A stretch of DNA of 51,019 nt from Myxococcales bacterium (GTDB taxonomy: Bacteria; Myxococcota_A; Polyangia; Haliangiales; Haliangiaceae): positions 1 through 51,019 of the forward strand of contig JAYVSF010000623.1 in the NCBI GenBank assembly GCA_043775605.1, written 5' to 3'. Each line of letters opens with the position of its first letter. The first letter of the stretch is position 1. Made by a program: the position numbers and the translations under genes. The notes beneath the pieces were generated by a model. The model made no database searches. It was not told where the DNA came from and saw only the letters and a list, made by a program, of their open reading frames with translations. This document shows positions 1 through 8,168 of the stretch, in pieces.

Positions 1-408
1 CTTCGCCTTGTGCGGATCGGTGAACTCGGCGATCGAGCTGGCATCGAGGCGCGACGCGTCGATGTTCATGCCGACCCCGGGTCGCACCACGTTGATGACG
101 ATGAGGCCGATCGCCAGCGCGACCGTGCTCGCGAGCTCGAAGTACAGCAGCGCCAGGCCGCCGGCCTTGCCCACCGCCTTGAGGTTCTTCATCCCGGCGA
201 TGCCGACCACCACCGTGCAGAAGATCAGCGGGGCGATGGTCATCTTGACCAGCTTGATGAAGCCCTCGCCGAGCGGGCGCAGCGTCACCGCGAGGTCGGG
301 CGCCGCGATGCCGAGGATCACGCCGAGCGCGATCGCGACCAGCACCCGGAAGTACAGTGAGTGATAGAAGCGCGGCTTGCCGAGCGCGCGCGCGGCGGGG
401 AGGGCCAT
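1..408 (-). CDS. dctA: Dicarboxylate/amino-acid:cation symporter (DctA-type), N-terminal 136 codons; the 3' end lies outside the window
   Basis: Not in the ORF track because it runs off the edge. Reverse-strand translation from the ATG at 408 gives [84 protein letters not shown]... This includes the DAACS-family signature region [18 protein letters not shown]. Confidence 0.8.
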   Translation of the reverse strand, partial: MALPAARALGKPRFYHSLYFRVLVAIALGVILGIAAPDLAVTLRPLGEGFIKLVKMTIAPLIFCTVVVGIAGMKNLKAVGKAGGLALLYFELASTVALAIGLIVINVVRPGVGMNIDASRLDASSIAEFTDPHKAK

Positions 409-425
409 CGCCCGATCATGCCCGA

Positions 426-2261
426 TCAGGTGAGGCCGTGACGCTTGAGCTTGGACAGGAAGGTGCGCAGCGGCATGGCGATGGCGCGGGCGGCGCGGGT
501 CTGGTTGCCGCCGTGGGCGCGCAGGGCCTCGCCGATGCGCGTGCGCTCGAGCTCCTCGATCTCGGTGGCGAGCGGGCGGAAGTGGGGCAGGCCGGGCTCG
601 GCGGCCGGGGCGTCCGCGGGCGGGGTGGCGACGGGCGGGGACGAGCCGGGGCCGGCGTCACGCGCGGCGCGGGCGTCGTCGTCGGCGGCGCTGGTCGCAG
701 GCGCGGCCAGGACGTCGTCGAGGTGCCAGTCCTCGAGCCGGGCGTCGCCGGCGGTGGCGACCAGGAAGTCGCACAGGTGCTTGAGCTCGCGGACGTTGCC
801 GGGCCAGGCGTGCTCGGCGAGGCGCTGCATCACCGCCGGCGCCACCAGCACCGGCGCACGGCCGGCGCGCGCGCTGGCCTCGTCGAGGAAGCGGCGGGCC
901 AGGATCGGGATCTCGCGCAGGCGGTCGCGCAGCGGCGGCAGCCACACCGTCGCGCCCGACAGCCGGAAGTAGAGATCCTGGCGAAAGCGACCGCGCTTCG
1001 ACTCGTCCTTGAGATCGCGGTTGGTCGCGGAGATCAACCGGAAGTCGACGGCGATCTCGCGGACGTCGCCGAGCCGCACCACCCGCTTGGTCTCGAGCAC
1101 GCGCAGGAGCTTGGCCTGCACGGTCAGCGCAAGCTCGCCGATCTCGTCGAGGAAGACGGTGCCGCCCTTCGCCAGCTCGAAGATACCGGGCTTGGCCGAG
1201 GTCGCGCCCGAGAACGCGCCGCGCTCGTGGCCGAACAGCTCGCTCTCGACCAGGCTCTCGGGCAGGGCCGCGCAGTTGAGCGTGACCCGCGCCTTGTCGC
1301 GCCGCGGCGACAGGTGGTGCAGCGCCAGCGCGACCAGCTCCTTGCCGGTCCCGGTCTCGCCGCCGATCAGCACCGGCAGCTCGGCCGCGGCCAGCCGCTC
1401 GACCAGGCCGTACAGGCGCGCCATCGCCGGATCGGCGATCATCACGGTCTGGTCGCCGAGCGCGAGCGCGCGCACCGCACCGGCGGCTCCCGCCCTCGTG
1501 CCCGGCGGCGCCGAGGTGGCGGCGGCGCGGGCCCCACCGAGCAGCGAGGCGACGTCGCACGCGTCGCGGGGGGCGGTGGCGTAGCCGAGCTGGGCCGAGG
1601 GCACGTCGGCGTGCAGCAGGTCGAGCGCGGTGGCGAGCCCATCGGCGTCGATCTCGGGCAGGAGCAGGGCCAGCTCATGATCGTGATCCCAGGCGGCGAC
1701 GTCGAGCGTGCGCAGGTGGCGGCCGAGCGCGCGGACCAGGGCGTGGCGATCGCCCTCGCCGGTCCGGACGTGGACCACCGCCAGCTCGCGGCCGAAGTGG
1801 ACGACCCGCTCGAGCTCGCGCCCGAGCTGGGTCCGCAGCTCGTCCCAGGTCGCGAGGGTGAAGCTGCGAGCCGGCGCGCTCGGGCCGTGGAACACCAGCA
1901 CCGCGGTGCCGATGGTCAGGACGTCGCCGCCGATCAGGTCGCGGCGCTCGATGCGCTGGTTGTTGACCAGGGTGCCGTTCTGGCTGCCGAGATCGATGAC
2001 CGTGGCCCGACCTTCGACCAGCTCGATGCGCGCGTGCTGGCGGGACACCGCGGTGTCGTTGAGCACGACCTCGCAGCCCGGGACCCGGCCGATGACGATG
2101 CCGCCGTCTCGCGGCAACGGCTGCATCCACGACGCGTCGCCGGCCACGACCAACAGGTACAGCCGGCCGGCGTCGCTCACGACGGCGGTCGGTCGGCCGA
2201 TCGCGGCCGTGGTCATGTTGTCGCGTGCCCCGCCGTGGGTGGCCACGGCGTCATCGTACAT
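426..2261 (-). CDS. Sigma-54-dependent transcriptional activator (bEBP) with an N-terminal FHA domain and a C-terminal Fis-type HTH
   Basis: ORF 426..2600. FHA segment: [53 protein letters not shown]+ sigma-54 interaction domain: Walker [15 protein letters not shown] (GAFTGA-type) loop, [17 protein letters not shown]-terminal HTH: [26 protein letters not shown]. Start taken at ATG 2261 (MYDD...); ATG 2216 is an alternative. The upstream part of the listed ORF is Arg/Cys-rich junk. Confidence 0.9.
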   Translation of the reverse strand: MYDDAVATHGGARDNMTTAAIGRPTAVVSDAGRLYLLVVAGDASWMQPLPRDGGIVIGRVPGCEVVLNDTAVSRQHARIELVEGRATVIDLGSQNGTLVNNQRIERRDLIGGDVLTIGTAVLVFHGPSAPARSFTLATWDELRTQLGRELERVVHFGRELAVVHVRTGEGDRHALVRALGRHLRTLDVAAWDHDHELALLLPEIDADGLATALDLLHADVPSAQLGYATAPRDACDVASLLGGARAAATSAPPGTRAGAAGAVRALALGDQTVMIADPAMARLYGLVERLAAAELPVLIGGETGTGKELVALALHHLSPRRDKARVTLNCAALPESLVESELFGHERGAFSGATSAKPGIFELAKGGTVFLDEIGELALTVQAKLLRVLETKRVVRLGDVREIAVDFRLISATNRDLKDESKRGRFRQDLYFRLSGATVWLPPLRDRLREIPILARRFLDEASARAGRAPVLVAPAVMQRLAEHAWPGNVRELKHLCDFLVATAGDARLEDWHLDDVLAAPATSAADDDARAARDAGPGSSPPVATPPADAPAAEPGLPHFRPLATEIEELERTRIGEALRAHGGNQTRAARAIAMPLRTFLSKLKRHGLT

Positions 2262-2366
2262 CGAGCGAACGGCATCACGCGCCCGGCGGATGCACCTCGC
2301 GTGCCGGTTCCGAGGATCCGAGCGGAGCTCGGGCCGGGGTTGAATATCGAGATCGGACCGGCACTC

Positions 2367-2400
2367 AGAGCGTGTGAATCTTTGCAGATTCACACGCTCT
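2367..2400. promoter_or_regulatory. Perfect 15-bp inverted repeat AGAGCGTGTGAATCT-ttgc-AGATTCACACGCTCT in the divergent EBP/kinase intergenic region (candidate operator or UAS)
   Basis: Arms at 2367-2381 and 2386-2400 are exact reverse complements. It is AT-richer than its surroundings. It lies about 105 bp upstream of the EBP start and about 150-180 bp upstream of the sigma-54-like element at 2548. Confidence 0.5.
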
Positions 2401-2547
2401 GTCGATCGGCTCGTCGACGAGGAACGTCGACGTCGCCTGTACGGAAGCGAGTTTGTTTCACAAACTCTCAGGGCCGGCCCGATCGATCGACAACACAGAG
2501 TTCTGGCCAACCCTGTGGTCGGCCGCGCGATCGACCGCCGCGTGGCT

Positions 2548-2563
2548 TGGCACGGCGCTTGGA
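2548..2563 (+). promoter_or_regulatory. Candidate sigma-54 promoter (TGGCACG-gcgc-TTGGA) upstream of the kinase gene
   Basis: The -24 element TGGCACG is perfect. The -12 element is TTGG instead of TTGC, at the correct GG-to-G spacing. It sits 32 nt upstream of ATG 2594. Confidence 0.3.
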
Positions 2564-2593
2564 CACAGCGCAGGATCGAGCACCGCGCCCAGC

Positions 2594-5500
2594 ATGCCAC
2601 CTGTCGACGAGCCCGCGATCGCGCCGGCCTGGAGCCCGCCGGCCCAGTTCGCCGAGTACCGGCTGATCCGCCGCCTCGGCGAGGGCGGCATGGGCCAGGT
2701 CTGGATCGCGCTCGACACCGTGCTCGATCGCCGGGTGGCGGTGAAGTTCCTCAGCGCGGAGCTCGAGCGCTCGCCCGGCGCCCACGAGCGATTCCTCCTC
2801 GAGGCGCGGGCGGCTGCGCGGCTCCAGCACCCCAACGTCGTGACCGTCTACCGGATCGGCGCGCTCGGCCACCGGCCCTACATCGTGTCGGAGCTGATCG
2901 ACGGCACGCCGCTGTCGCAGCTCGAGCGGCCGCTGTCGTCGGCGCGGGTGCTGGAGCTCGGGCTGGGCCTGGCCCGCGGGCTGGCCGCCGCCCACCGGCG
3001 CGGCGTGCTCCACCGCGACCTCAAGCCGGCCAACGCGATCCTCGCCGACGACGGCCAGGTCAAGCTGCTCGACTTCGGGCTGGCCAAGCTGCTCGAGCGG
3101 CCGGCGCCGGCGACCACCGGCGACCCCGGGCCGCCACCACCGACCGCCATCGCGGTGACGGTGGCGATGGGCTCACCCGGGGCCGACCCCCTCGCGGTCG
3201 GCGGCGCCGCCACCACGCCCTTGCCCGCGCCGGTCGGTACGCCGCCCCCGATCGCCGACGCCATCGCCCTGGCCGCCGACGAGCCGCGCGGGGCGCTGAC
3301 CGGCTTCGGCGTGGTGATGGGCACGCCGTATTACATGCCGCCCGAGACCTGGCTGGGCGAGCCCGCGACCCGCGCCTCCGACGTCTACGCGCTCGGGGTC
3401 GTGCTCTACGAGCTGTGCGCGGGCCGGCCGCCGCACGCCGGCGTCGCCGTCGGCGCGCTGGGTGCGGTGGTGGTGTCGACCGACGTTCCGCCGCTGGCCG
3501 TCGAGGTGCCCGGGGTCGAGCCCCGCCTGGCCGCGGTCATCGATCGTTGCCTGCTGCGCGACCCGGCCGGCCGCTACGCCACCGGCGAGGACCTGCTGCT
3601 GGCGCTCGAGGCGGTCCGCACCCTCGACCTGGTCCGCACCACCACCGGCAATCCCTATCGGGGCCTGTACCGGTTCGAAGCCGACCATCGCGGTGTCTTC
3701 TTCGGCCGGGCCACCGAGATCCGCGCGGTCGTCGAGCGGGTCAAGAACGAGGCGCTGATCGTGGTCGCCGGCGACTCCGGGGTCGGCAAGTCGTCGCTGT
3801 GCCGGGCCGGCGTGCTGCCGACCGTGCTCGACGAGGGCGTCGGCGACGGCCGGGCCTGGACCGCGGTCCGGCTGGTGCCCGGTCAGCGACCGATGACCGC
3901 GCTGGTGGCCGCGCTCGCGCTGCCGACAGCGACCTCGCCCGACTCGACGGTCGTCCTCGGCGGCGTGGCGCCGGACCAGGGCGAGCCGGCCGTGGGGTCG
4001 CCGTGGGGGTCGCACGCGCAACTGGTCCGCCAGGTGGTCGTCGCGCGCCGCGGCCGCGGCCTGATCGTCTTCGTCGATCAGCTCGAGGAGCTGGTGACCC
4101 TGGCCGAGCCGGCCGAGGCCGCCGACGCGGCCCAGCTCCTGGCCGAGCTGGGCGCGGGCGTGCCGGGGATCCGGGTGCTGACCACCGCGCGCTGCGACTT
4201 CCTGACCCGGCTGTCGGGGCTGCCGGCGCTGGGCCCGGCGATCGCCCGCGGGCTGTACCTGCTGCGGCCGATGGCGATCGACGCCCTGCGCGAGGCGGTG
4301 CTCGGCCCAGCGCGGGCCACCGGCGTCGCGTTCGACCCGCCCGCGCTCGTCGACGAGCTGGCCGCCGACGCCGCCGCCGCCGAGGGCGGGCTGCCGCTCC
4401 TGCAGTTCACGCTCGGCGAGCTGTGGGACGCCCACGATCGCGAGCGCCATGCCATCACCCGTGCGGTGGTCGAGCGGGTCGGCGGCACCCGCGGCGCGCT
4501 GACCCGGCACGCCGACGGCGTGGTCGCCGCGCTCTTGCCCGGCCAACGACTGCAAGCCCGGGCCGTGCTCATGCGCCTGGTCTCGGGCGCCGGCATCCGC
4601 GCCCGCCGGACCGAGGCCGAGCTGACCCACGGCGAGCCCGGGGCCGGCGACGCCCTCGCCGCGCTGGTCCGGGGCCGGCTGGTGGCGGCCCAGGCCGGCG
4701 AACCCGAGGCGGTGTTCGAGGTCGCCCACGAGGCCCTGCTGTCCGAATGGCGGACGTTGCGCGACTGGCTCGACGAGCGCGCCGATCAGCGGCTCGCGCT
4801 CGAGCGGCTCGCCGACGCCACCCGCGAGTGGCTGCGGCTCGACCGAACCCGCGAGCTGCTGTGGGGCGAGCGGGCCCTGGCCGACGCCGAGCTGGTGCCG
4901 ACCGCCGAGCTGAGCGCGGATCAGCGCGGGTTTCTGACCGCGTCCCGGCGCGAGCAGCTCCGCCGGCGCTGGCGGGTCCGGATCCTGGCCGCGGCGATCG
5001 TCGCCGCCGCGATCGCCGGCTACCTCGGCTACCGGGCCGTCGACGATCGGGCCCGCGCCCGCAAGGTCGCGAGCTACGTGACCGCCGGCAAGGGCGAGCT
5101 GTCCGCCGCCCGGACCGGCGCCGCCGCGATCGAGGTGCTGCGGGTGCGCGCGTTCGCGACCTTCGACGGCGGCGACCGCGCCGGCGGCGAGACGCTGTGG
5201 ACCGAGGTCATGGCCCAAGGCGATCAGGTCGCGGCCACCTACCGCGCCGCCAGCCGCTCGTTCGAGGCCGCGGTCACCGTCGACCACACCGCCGCGCGCG
5301 CCCGCACGCTCCTGGCCGACACGCTGTACGAGCGCGCGCTGATCGCCGAGCGCGAACGCCACGACTCCGACCGCGACGAGGCCCTCGAGCGCCTGCGCCT
5401 GTACGACGACGGCCACCGGCTGGCGGCCTGGGCCGCGCCCGCGACGGTGACGCTCACCACCACGCCGCCGGGCGCGCAGGTCCGGCTGGCCGCGGTCGTC

Positions 5501-6517
5501 CCCCGCGCCGGCAAGGCCGAGCTCGGAGCCTGGCGCGACCTCGGGGCCACCCCGCTGGCGGTCCTGCCCTTGCCCGCCGGCTCGTACGTCTTCGAGCTGA
5601 CCCTGGCCGGCCGCGCGCCGACCCGCTACCCGGTGCTGCTCGGCCGCGGCGAGCCGTTCTCCGCCGACGTCCCGCTCATCGCCGCCGCCCGGGTCCCGAC
5701 CGACATGATCTACGTCCCGCCCGGTCGGTTCACGTTCGGCAGCACCGCGCCCGATCACTTCCGCACCAACTACCTCAAGGCGGTCCCGCCCCACGCCCGC
5801 ACCACCGGCGCCTTCCTGGTCAGCCGGTTCGAGACCACCTACGCCCGGTGGACCCGCTTCCTCGCCGCGCTGCCGCCCGACGAGGCGGTCCGTCGCGCGC
5901 CGGCCTCGGGCAGCGACGGCGCGCCTGGCTTCGTCCGGCTCGTCCCCGACGGTCACGGCTGGCGCCTCACGCTGCAGCCGGCGACCGAGCGCTACGACCT
6001 GCTGCTCGGCGCCGAGCTCAGCTACCGCCACCGCCCGGCGGAGGCCCCGCATCCCAGCGATCAGCTGCCGGTGACCGGCATCGGCCCGGCCGACGTCGAG
6101 GCCTACGTGGCCTGGCTCGACCGCACCGGCGCGGTCCCCGGCGCCCGCCTGTGCGGCGAGCTCGAGTGGGAGCGGACCGCACGCGGCGCCGACGCCCGCA
6201 CCTACGCCCACGGCGATGTCCTCACCCCCGACGACGCCAACTACGGCGAGGGCGGCTCCGACTATGCCGGATATGGCCCCGACGCTGTCGGCCGCCACCC
6301 CGCCTCCCGCAGCGTGTTCGGCGCCGACGACCTGGTCGGCAACGCCTGGGAGTTCGCGCGCTCGGCCTTCGCCGAGACCCGCTACGTCGTCCGCGGCGGC
6401 GGATATCCTCTCGACGACCAGGCCGCGATGTCGACCATGCGCGACGTGGTCCACGAGGCGTTGCGCGACGTGTCGATCGGCTTCCGGGTCTGCGCCGACG
6501 CCGAACCTGCACGGTAG
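2594..6517 (+). CDS. Multidomain Ser/Thr protein kinase: Hanks kinase + P-loop (STAND-like) NTPase + TM segment + PEGA-like domain + FGE-sulfatase (SUMF1-type) domain
   Basis: ORF 2453..6517, whose listed start is TTG; ATG 2594 (MPPVDEP...) is the likely start. Kinase motifs: GEGGMGQVW, VAVKFL, HRDLKPANAIL, DFGLAK, GTPYYMPPE. P-loop: NPYRGLYRFEADHRGVFFGR...IVVAGDSGVGKSSL. TM segment: RILAAAIVAAAIAGYLGY. C-terminus: MIYVPPGRFTFGS...LPVTGIGPADVEAYVAWL...LVGNAWEF...GGGY...IGFRV, typical of formylglycine-generating-enzyme-like domains. Confidence 0.85.
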   Translation: MPPVDEPAIAPAWSPPAQFAEYRLIRRLGEGGMGQVWIALDTVLDRRVAVKFLSAELERSPGAHERFLLEARAAARLQHPNVVTVYRIGALGHRPYIVSELIDGTPLSQLERPLSSARVLELGLGLARGLAAAHRRGVLHRDLKPANAILADDGQVKLLDFGLAKLLERPAPATTGDPGPPPPTAIAVTVAMGSPGADPLAVGGAATTPLPAPVGTPPPIADAIALAADEPRGALTGFGVVMGTPYYMPPETWLGEPATRASDVYALGVVLYELCAGRPPHAGVAVGALGAVVVSTDVPPLAVEVPGVEPRLAAVIDRCLLRDPAGRYATGEDLLLALEAVRTLDLVRTTTGNPYRGLYRFEADHRGVFFGRATEIRAVVERVKNEALIVVAGDSGVGKSSLCRAGVLPTVLDEGVGDGRAWTAVRLVPGQRPMTALVAALALPTATSPDSTVVLGGVAPDQGEPAVGSPWGSHAQLVRQVVVARRGRGLIVFVDQLEELVTLAEPAEAADAAQLLAELGAGVPGIRVLTTARCDFLTRLSGLPALGPAIARGLYLLRPMAIDALREAVLGPARATGVAFDPPALVDELAADAAAAEGGLPLLQFTLGELWDAHDRERHAITRAVVERVGGTRGALTRHADGVVAALLPGQRLQARAVLMRLVSGAGIRARRTEAELTHGEPGAGDALAALVRGRLVAAQAGEPEAVFEVAHEALLSEWRTLRDWLDERADQRLALERLADATREWLRLDRTRELLWGERALADAELVPTAELSADQRGFLTASRREQLRRRWRVRILAAAIVAAAIAGYLGYRAVDDRARARKVASYVTAGKGELSAARTGAAAIEVLRVRAFATFDGGDRAGGETLWTEVMAQGDQVAATYRAASRSFEAAVTVDHTAARARTLLADTLYERALIAERERHDSDRDEALERLRLYDDGHRLAAWAAPATVTLTTTPPGAQVRLAAVVPRAGKAELGAWRDLGATPLAVLPLPAGSYVFELTLAGRAPTRYPVLLGRGEPFSADVPLIAAARVPTDMIYVPPGRFTFGSTAPDHFRTNYLKAVPPHARTTGAFLVSRFETTYARWTRFLAALPPDEAVRRAPASGSDGAPGFVRLVPDGHGWRLTLQPATERYDLLLGAELSYRHRPAEAPHPSDQLPVTGIGPADVEAYVAWLDRTGAVPGARLCGELEWERTARGADARTYAHGDVLTPDDANYGEGGSDYAGYGPDAVGRHPASRSVFGADDLVGNAWEFARSAFAETRYVVRGGGYPLDDQAAMSTMRDVVHEALRDVSIGFRVCADAEPAR

Positions 6518-6607
6518 GGTGACGCCGTCCTGGCGTGATCACGCAGAAGTGGCGTGGTGCCGACGCTGCCGACCGCGGGCGCGGCGCCTGCTCGGCCCCG
6601 TCCGGCC

Positions 6608-6624
6608 TGGCACGTCGCCCGCAA
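6608..6624 (+). promoter_or_regulatory. Candidate sigma-54 promoter (TGGCACG-tcgc-CCGCA) abutting the ADYC lipoprotein start codon
   Basis: Perfect TGGCACG at -24, with GCA at the canonical -12 spacing. The C of the GC lies 14 nt before ATG 6636. A perfect 12-bp palindrome, GCGTGATCACGC, lies at 6533-6544, about 75 bp upstream. Confidence 0.3.
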
Positions 6625-6635
6625 TACCCCCGGGC

Positions 6636-7919
6636 ATGAAGCTCCAACACCTCGTCCGCACCCGCGCGACCCTGCTGGTCGCCCTCGCCCTCGCCCCCGC
6701 CTGCATGACCGACGATCCGGAGCTCGACGGCAGCGAGGCCGCCGCGACCATCGCGCAGATCCTCCGCAACGGCAGCCACTTCCCCAACGGCAGCCACTTC
6801 CCCAACGGCAGCTACTTCCCCGCCGGCACCTTCTTCCCCGACGGCAGCGGCGGCGCGGTGCTGCAGAACGTGCACGTCCGGGCCGGCACCCTCGACGGCT
6901 TGACTGCGCCCGACCCGGTCCAGAGCGGCGAGGGCCTGACCGGCGGCTACGTCGCCGACGGCTCGCTGTACATGACCAGCCCAACTCGCGGGCTGCTCGC
7001 CAACGCTCAGCTCGCCGGCACGGTCATGAAGGCCAAGCTGTACGGCCCGAGCACCGCGTTCCTCGACGTCCGCATCGACTCGGTGGTGCAGGCCGCCGAC
7101 CCGACGCCGCAGACGTGGTGCTCGCCGGTCTGGCCATACGCCTGCACCAACCTGTCGACCAACGAGAACGCCGACGTCTATCGCTTCGGCCTGTCGTGGT
7201 ACCAGCCCGGCTACTACTACCTGAGTGGGTTCACCAAGCGCTACGTGCTGCCGTCGTGGCAGCCGCTGTGCCCGGGCGGCGCCAAGGCCGTGGTCACCGC
7301 GGGCAAGTGGCGCGTCGGCCAGCGCAGCGACGGCCTCCTGCTCGACCTCGGCTACGACGAGAGCGTCGACGCCAGCGGCCTCGCCACCTTCGCGTGCGAG
7401 GACACCGGCGCGATCGCCAAGTGCGTGTACGAGGGCTACAAGCCGTGGAAGGCGTGGTCGCGCGGCTACTGGAGCTACAATGGCGTGCTCGGGCAGTGGC
7501 AGTGGCTGACCAAGGTCGACAGCGGGTTCGACTACCTGCGCGCGTGCGTGCGCATGGTCCGCGCCGACTACTGCGGCAACGGCGAGAGCAACACCGTCGA
7601 CGGCACGCAGATCGATCCGATCGATCGCATGAACGTGGTCGGCGGCTACCAGACGGCGGCCTGGGGCACCGAGGCCGAGTGGAGCATCGACGGCGCGTCG
7701 TGCGTGAGCGCGGCCCGCATCCCGGCCCTGCAGCCGTGGGCCAACACCACCGACCCGCGCTACTCGAAGTGCCGGCAGGTCTACGAGTACAGCCAGAGCC
7801 GGATCGCGGCCGGCATCCCGTGCGGCACCCAGGAGCAGGTCGACGGCCAGTGGTACCAGGGCGCCGATCCCGGCCGCTGGACCCTGCTCGCCAACCGCTC
7901 GCAGTACATTGCCCCGTAG
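6636..7919 (+). CDS. Secreted lipoprotein with an NGSHFP tandem repeat and a C-terminal ADYC-type domain
   Basis: In frame with ORF 6216..7919; ATG 6636 begins MKLQHLVRTRATLLVALALAPAC (lipobox LAPAC). C-terminal motif: VRMVRADYCGNGESNTVDGTQID. The 5' part of the listed ORF overlaps the kinase gene and is Pro/Ala/Thr junk. Confidence 0.75.
   Translation: MKLQHLVRTRATLLVALALAPACMTDDPELDGSEAAATIAQILRNGSHFPNGSHFPNGSYFPAGTFFPDGSGGAVLQNVHVRAGTLDGLTAPDPVQSGEGLTGGYVADGSLYMTSPTRGLLANAQLAGTVMKAKLYGPSTAFLDVRIDSVVQAADPTPQTWCSPVWPYACTNLSTNENADVYRFGLSWYQPGYYYLSGFTKRYVLPSWQPLCPGGAKAVVTAGKWRVGQRSDGLLLDLGYDESVDASGLATFACEDTGAIAKCVYEGYKPWKAWSRGYWSYNGVLGQWQWLTKVDSGFDYLRACVRMVRADYCGNGESNTVDGTQIDPIDRMNVVGGYQTAAWGTEAEWSIDGASCVSAARIPALQPWANTTDPRYSKCRQVYEYSQSRIAAGIPCGTQEQVDGQWYQGADPGRWTLLANRSQYIAP
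6768..6839 (+). repeat. In-frame 18-bp tandem repeat (AACGGCAGCCACTTCCCC x2, AACGGCAGCTACTTCCCC, degenerate GCCGGCACCTTCTTCCCC)
   Basis: Units at 6768-6785, 6786-6803, 6804-6821 and 6822-6839. They encode NGSHFP NGSHFP NGSYFP AGTFFP. Confidence 0.9.
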
Positions 7920-7973
7920 CGGCCTCATCGCCGTCACGACGTGAATGTTGACCTGGTCGTGGTCTTCGACGTT

Positions 7974-8125
7974 GACGGCGACGGCGACGTTGACCGTGAA
8001 CCTCGACGCCTCTCGATTGATCACAGGTCGACAGCATCGACGTGAACGCAACCGGAGCCGGGGCGGTGACAAGGTCCACGTCCACGTCCACGTCCACGTC
8101 CACGTTCAACGTCGCCGTCGCCGTC
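7974..8125. repeat. Long-range imperfect inverted repeat (25 nt, 24/25) enclosing a (GTCCAC)5 hexamer microsatellite, between convergent genes
   Basis: Left arm 7974-7998: GACGGCGACGGCGACGTTGACCGTG. Right arm 8101-8125: CACGTTCAACGTCGCCGTCGCCGTC, which is its reverse complement with one mismatch. (GTCCAC)5 at 8074-8103, followed by (GTCGCC)3. Confidence 0.8.
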
Positions 8126-8168
8126 GCCGGCGCCGTCAACATCCTCGTGTGATGGTGCTGTCGAGGGG

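Noticed and set aside
409-470. The idea that the adjacent EBP is DctD and drives dctA from a sigma-54 promoter.
   Set aside because: The EBP has an FHA domain, not a DctD-type receiver domain. I found no GG-N10-GC element with correct spacing in the 17-bp gap or in the 3' end of the EBP gene. dctA may simply be co-transcribed.
357-2666. Long plus-strand ORF (769 aa) antisense to the FHA/sigma-54 activator. Similar very long alternate-frame ORFs occur elsewhere: 2374..6522, 3173..6454, 8289..10949, 11367..12950, 12982..16761, 37712..40606, 41975..44320 and 46108..47385.
   Set aside because: Their translations are Arg/Ala/Gly/Pro-rich with no motifs. They overlap genes with clear domain signatures in another frame or on the other strand. 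Stop-codon depletion in very GC-rich DNA produces such ORFs routinely.
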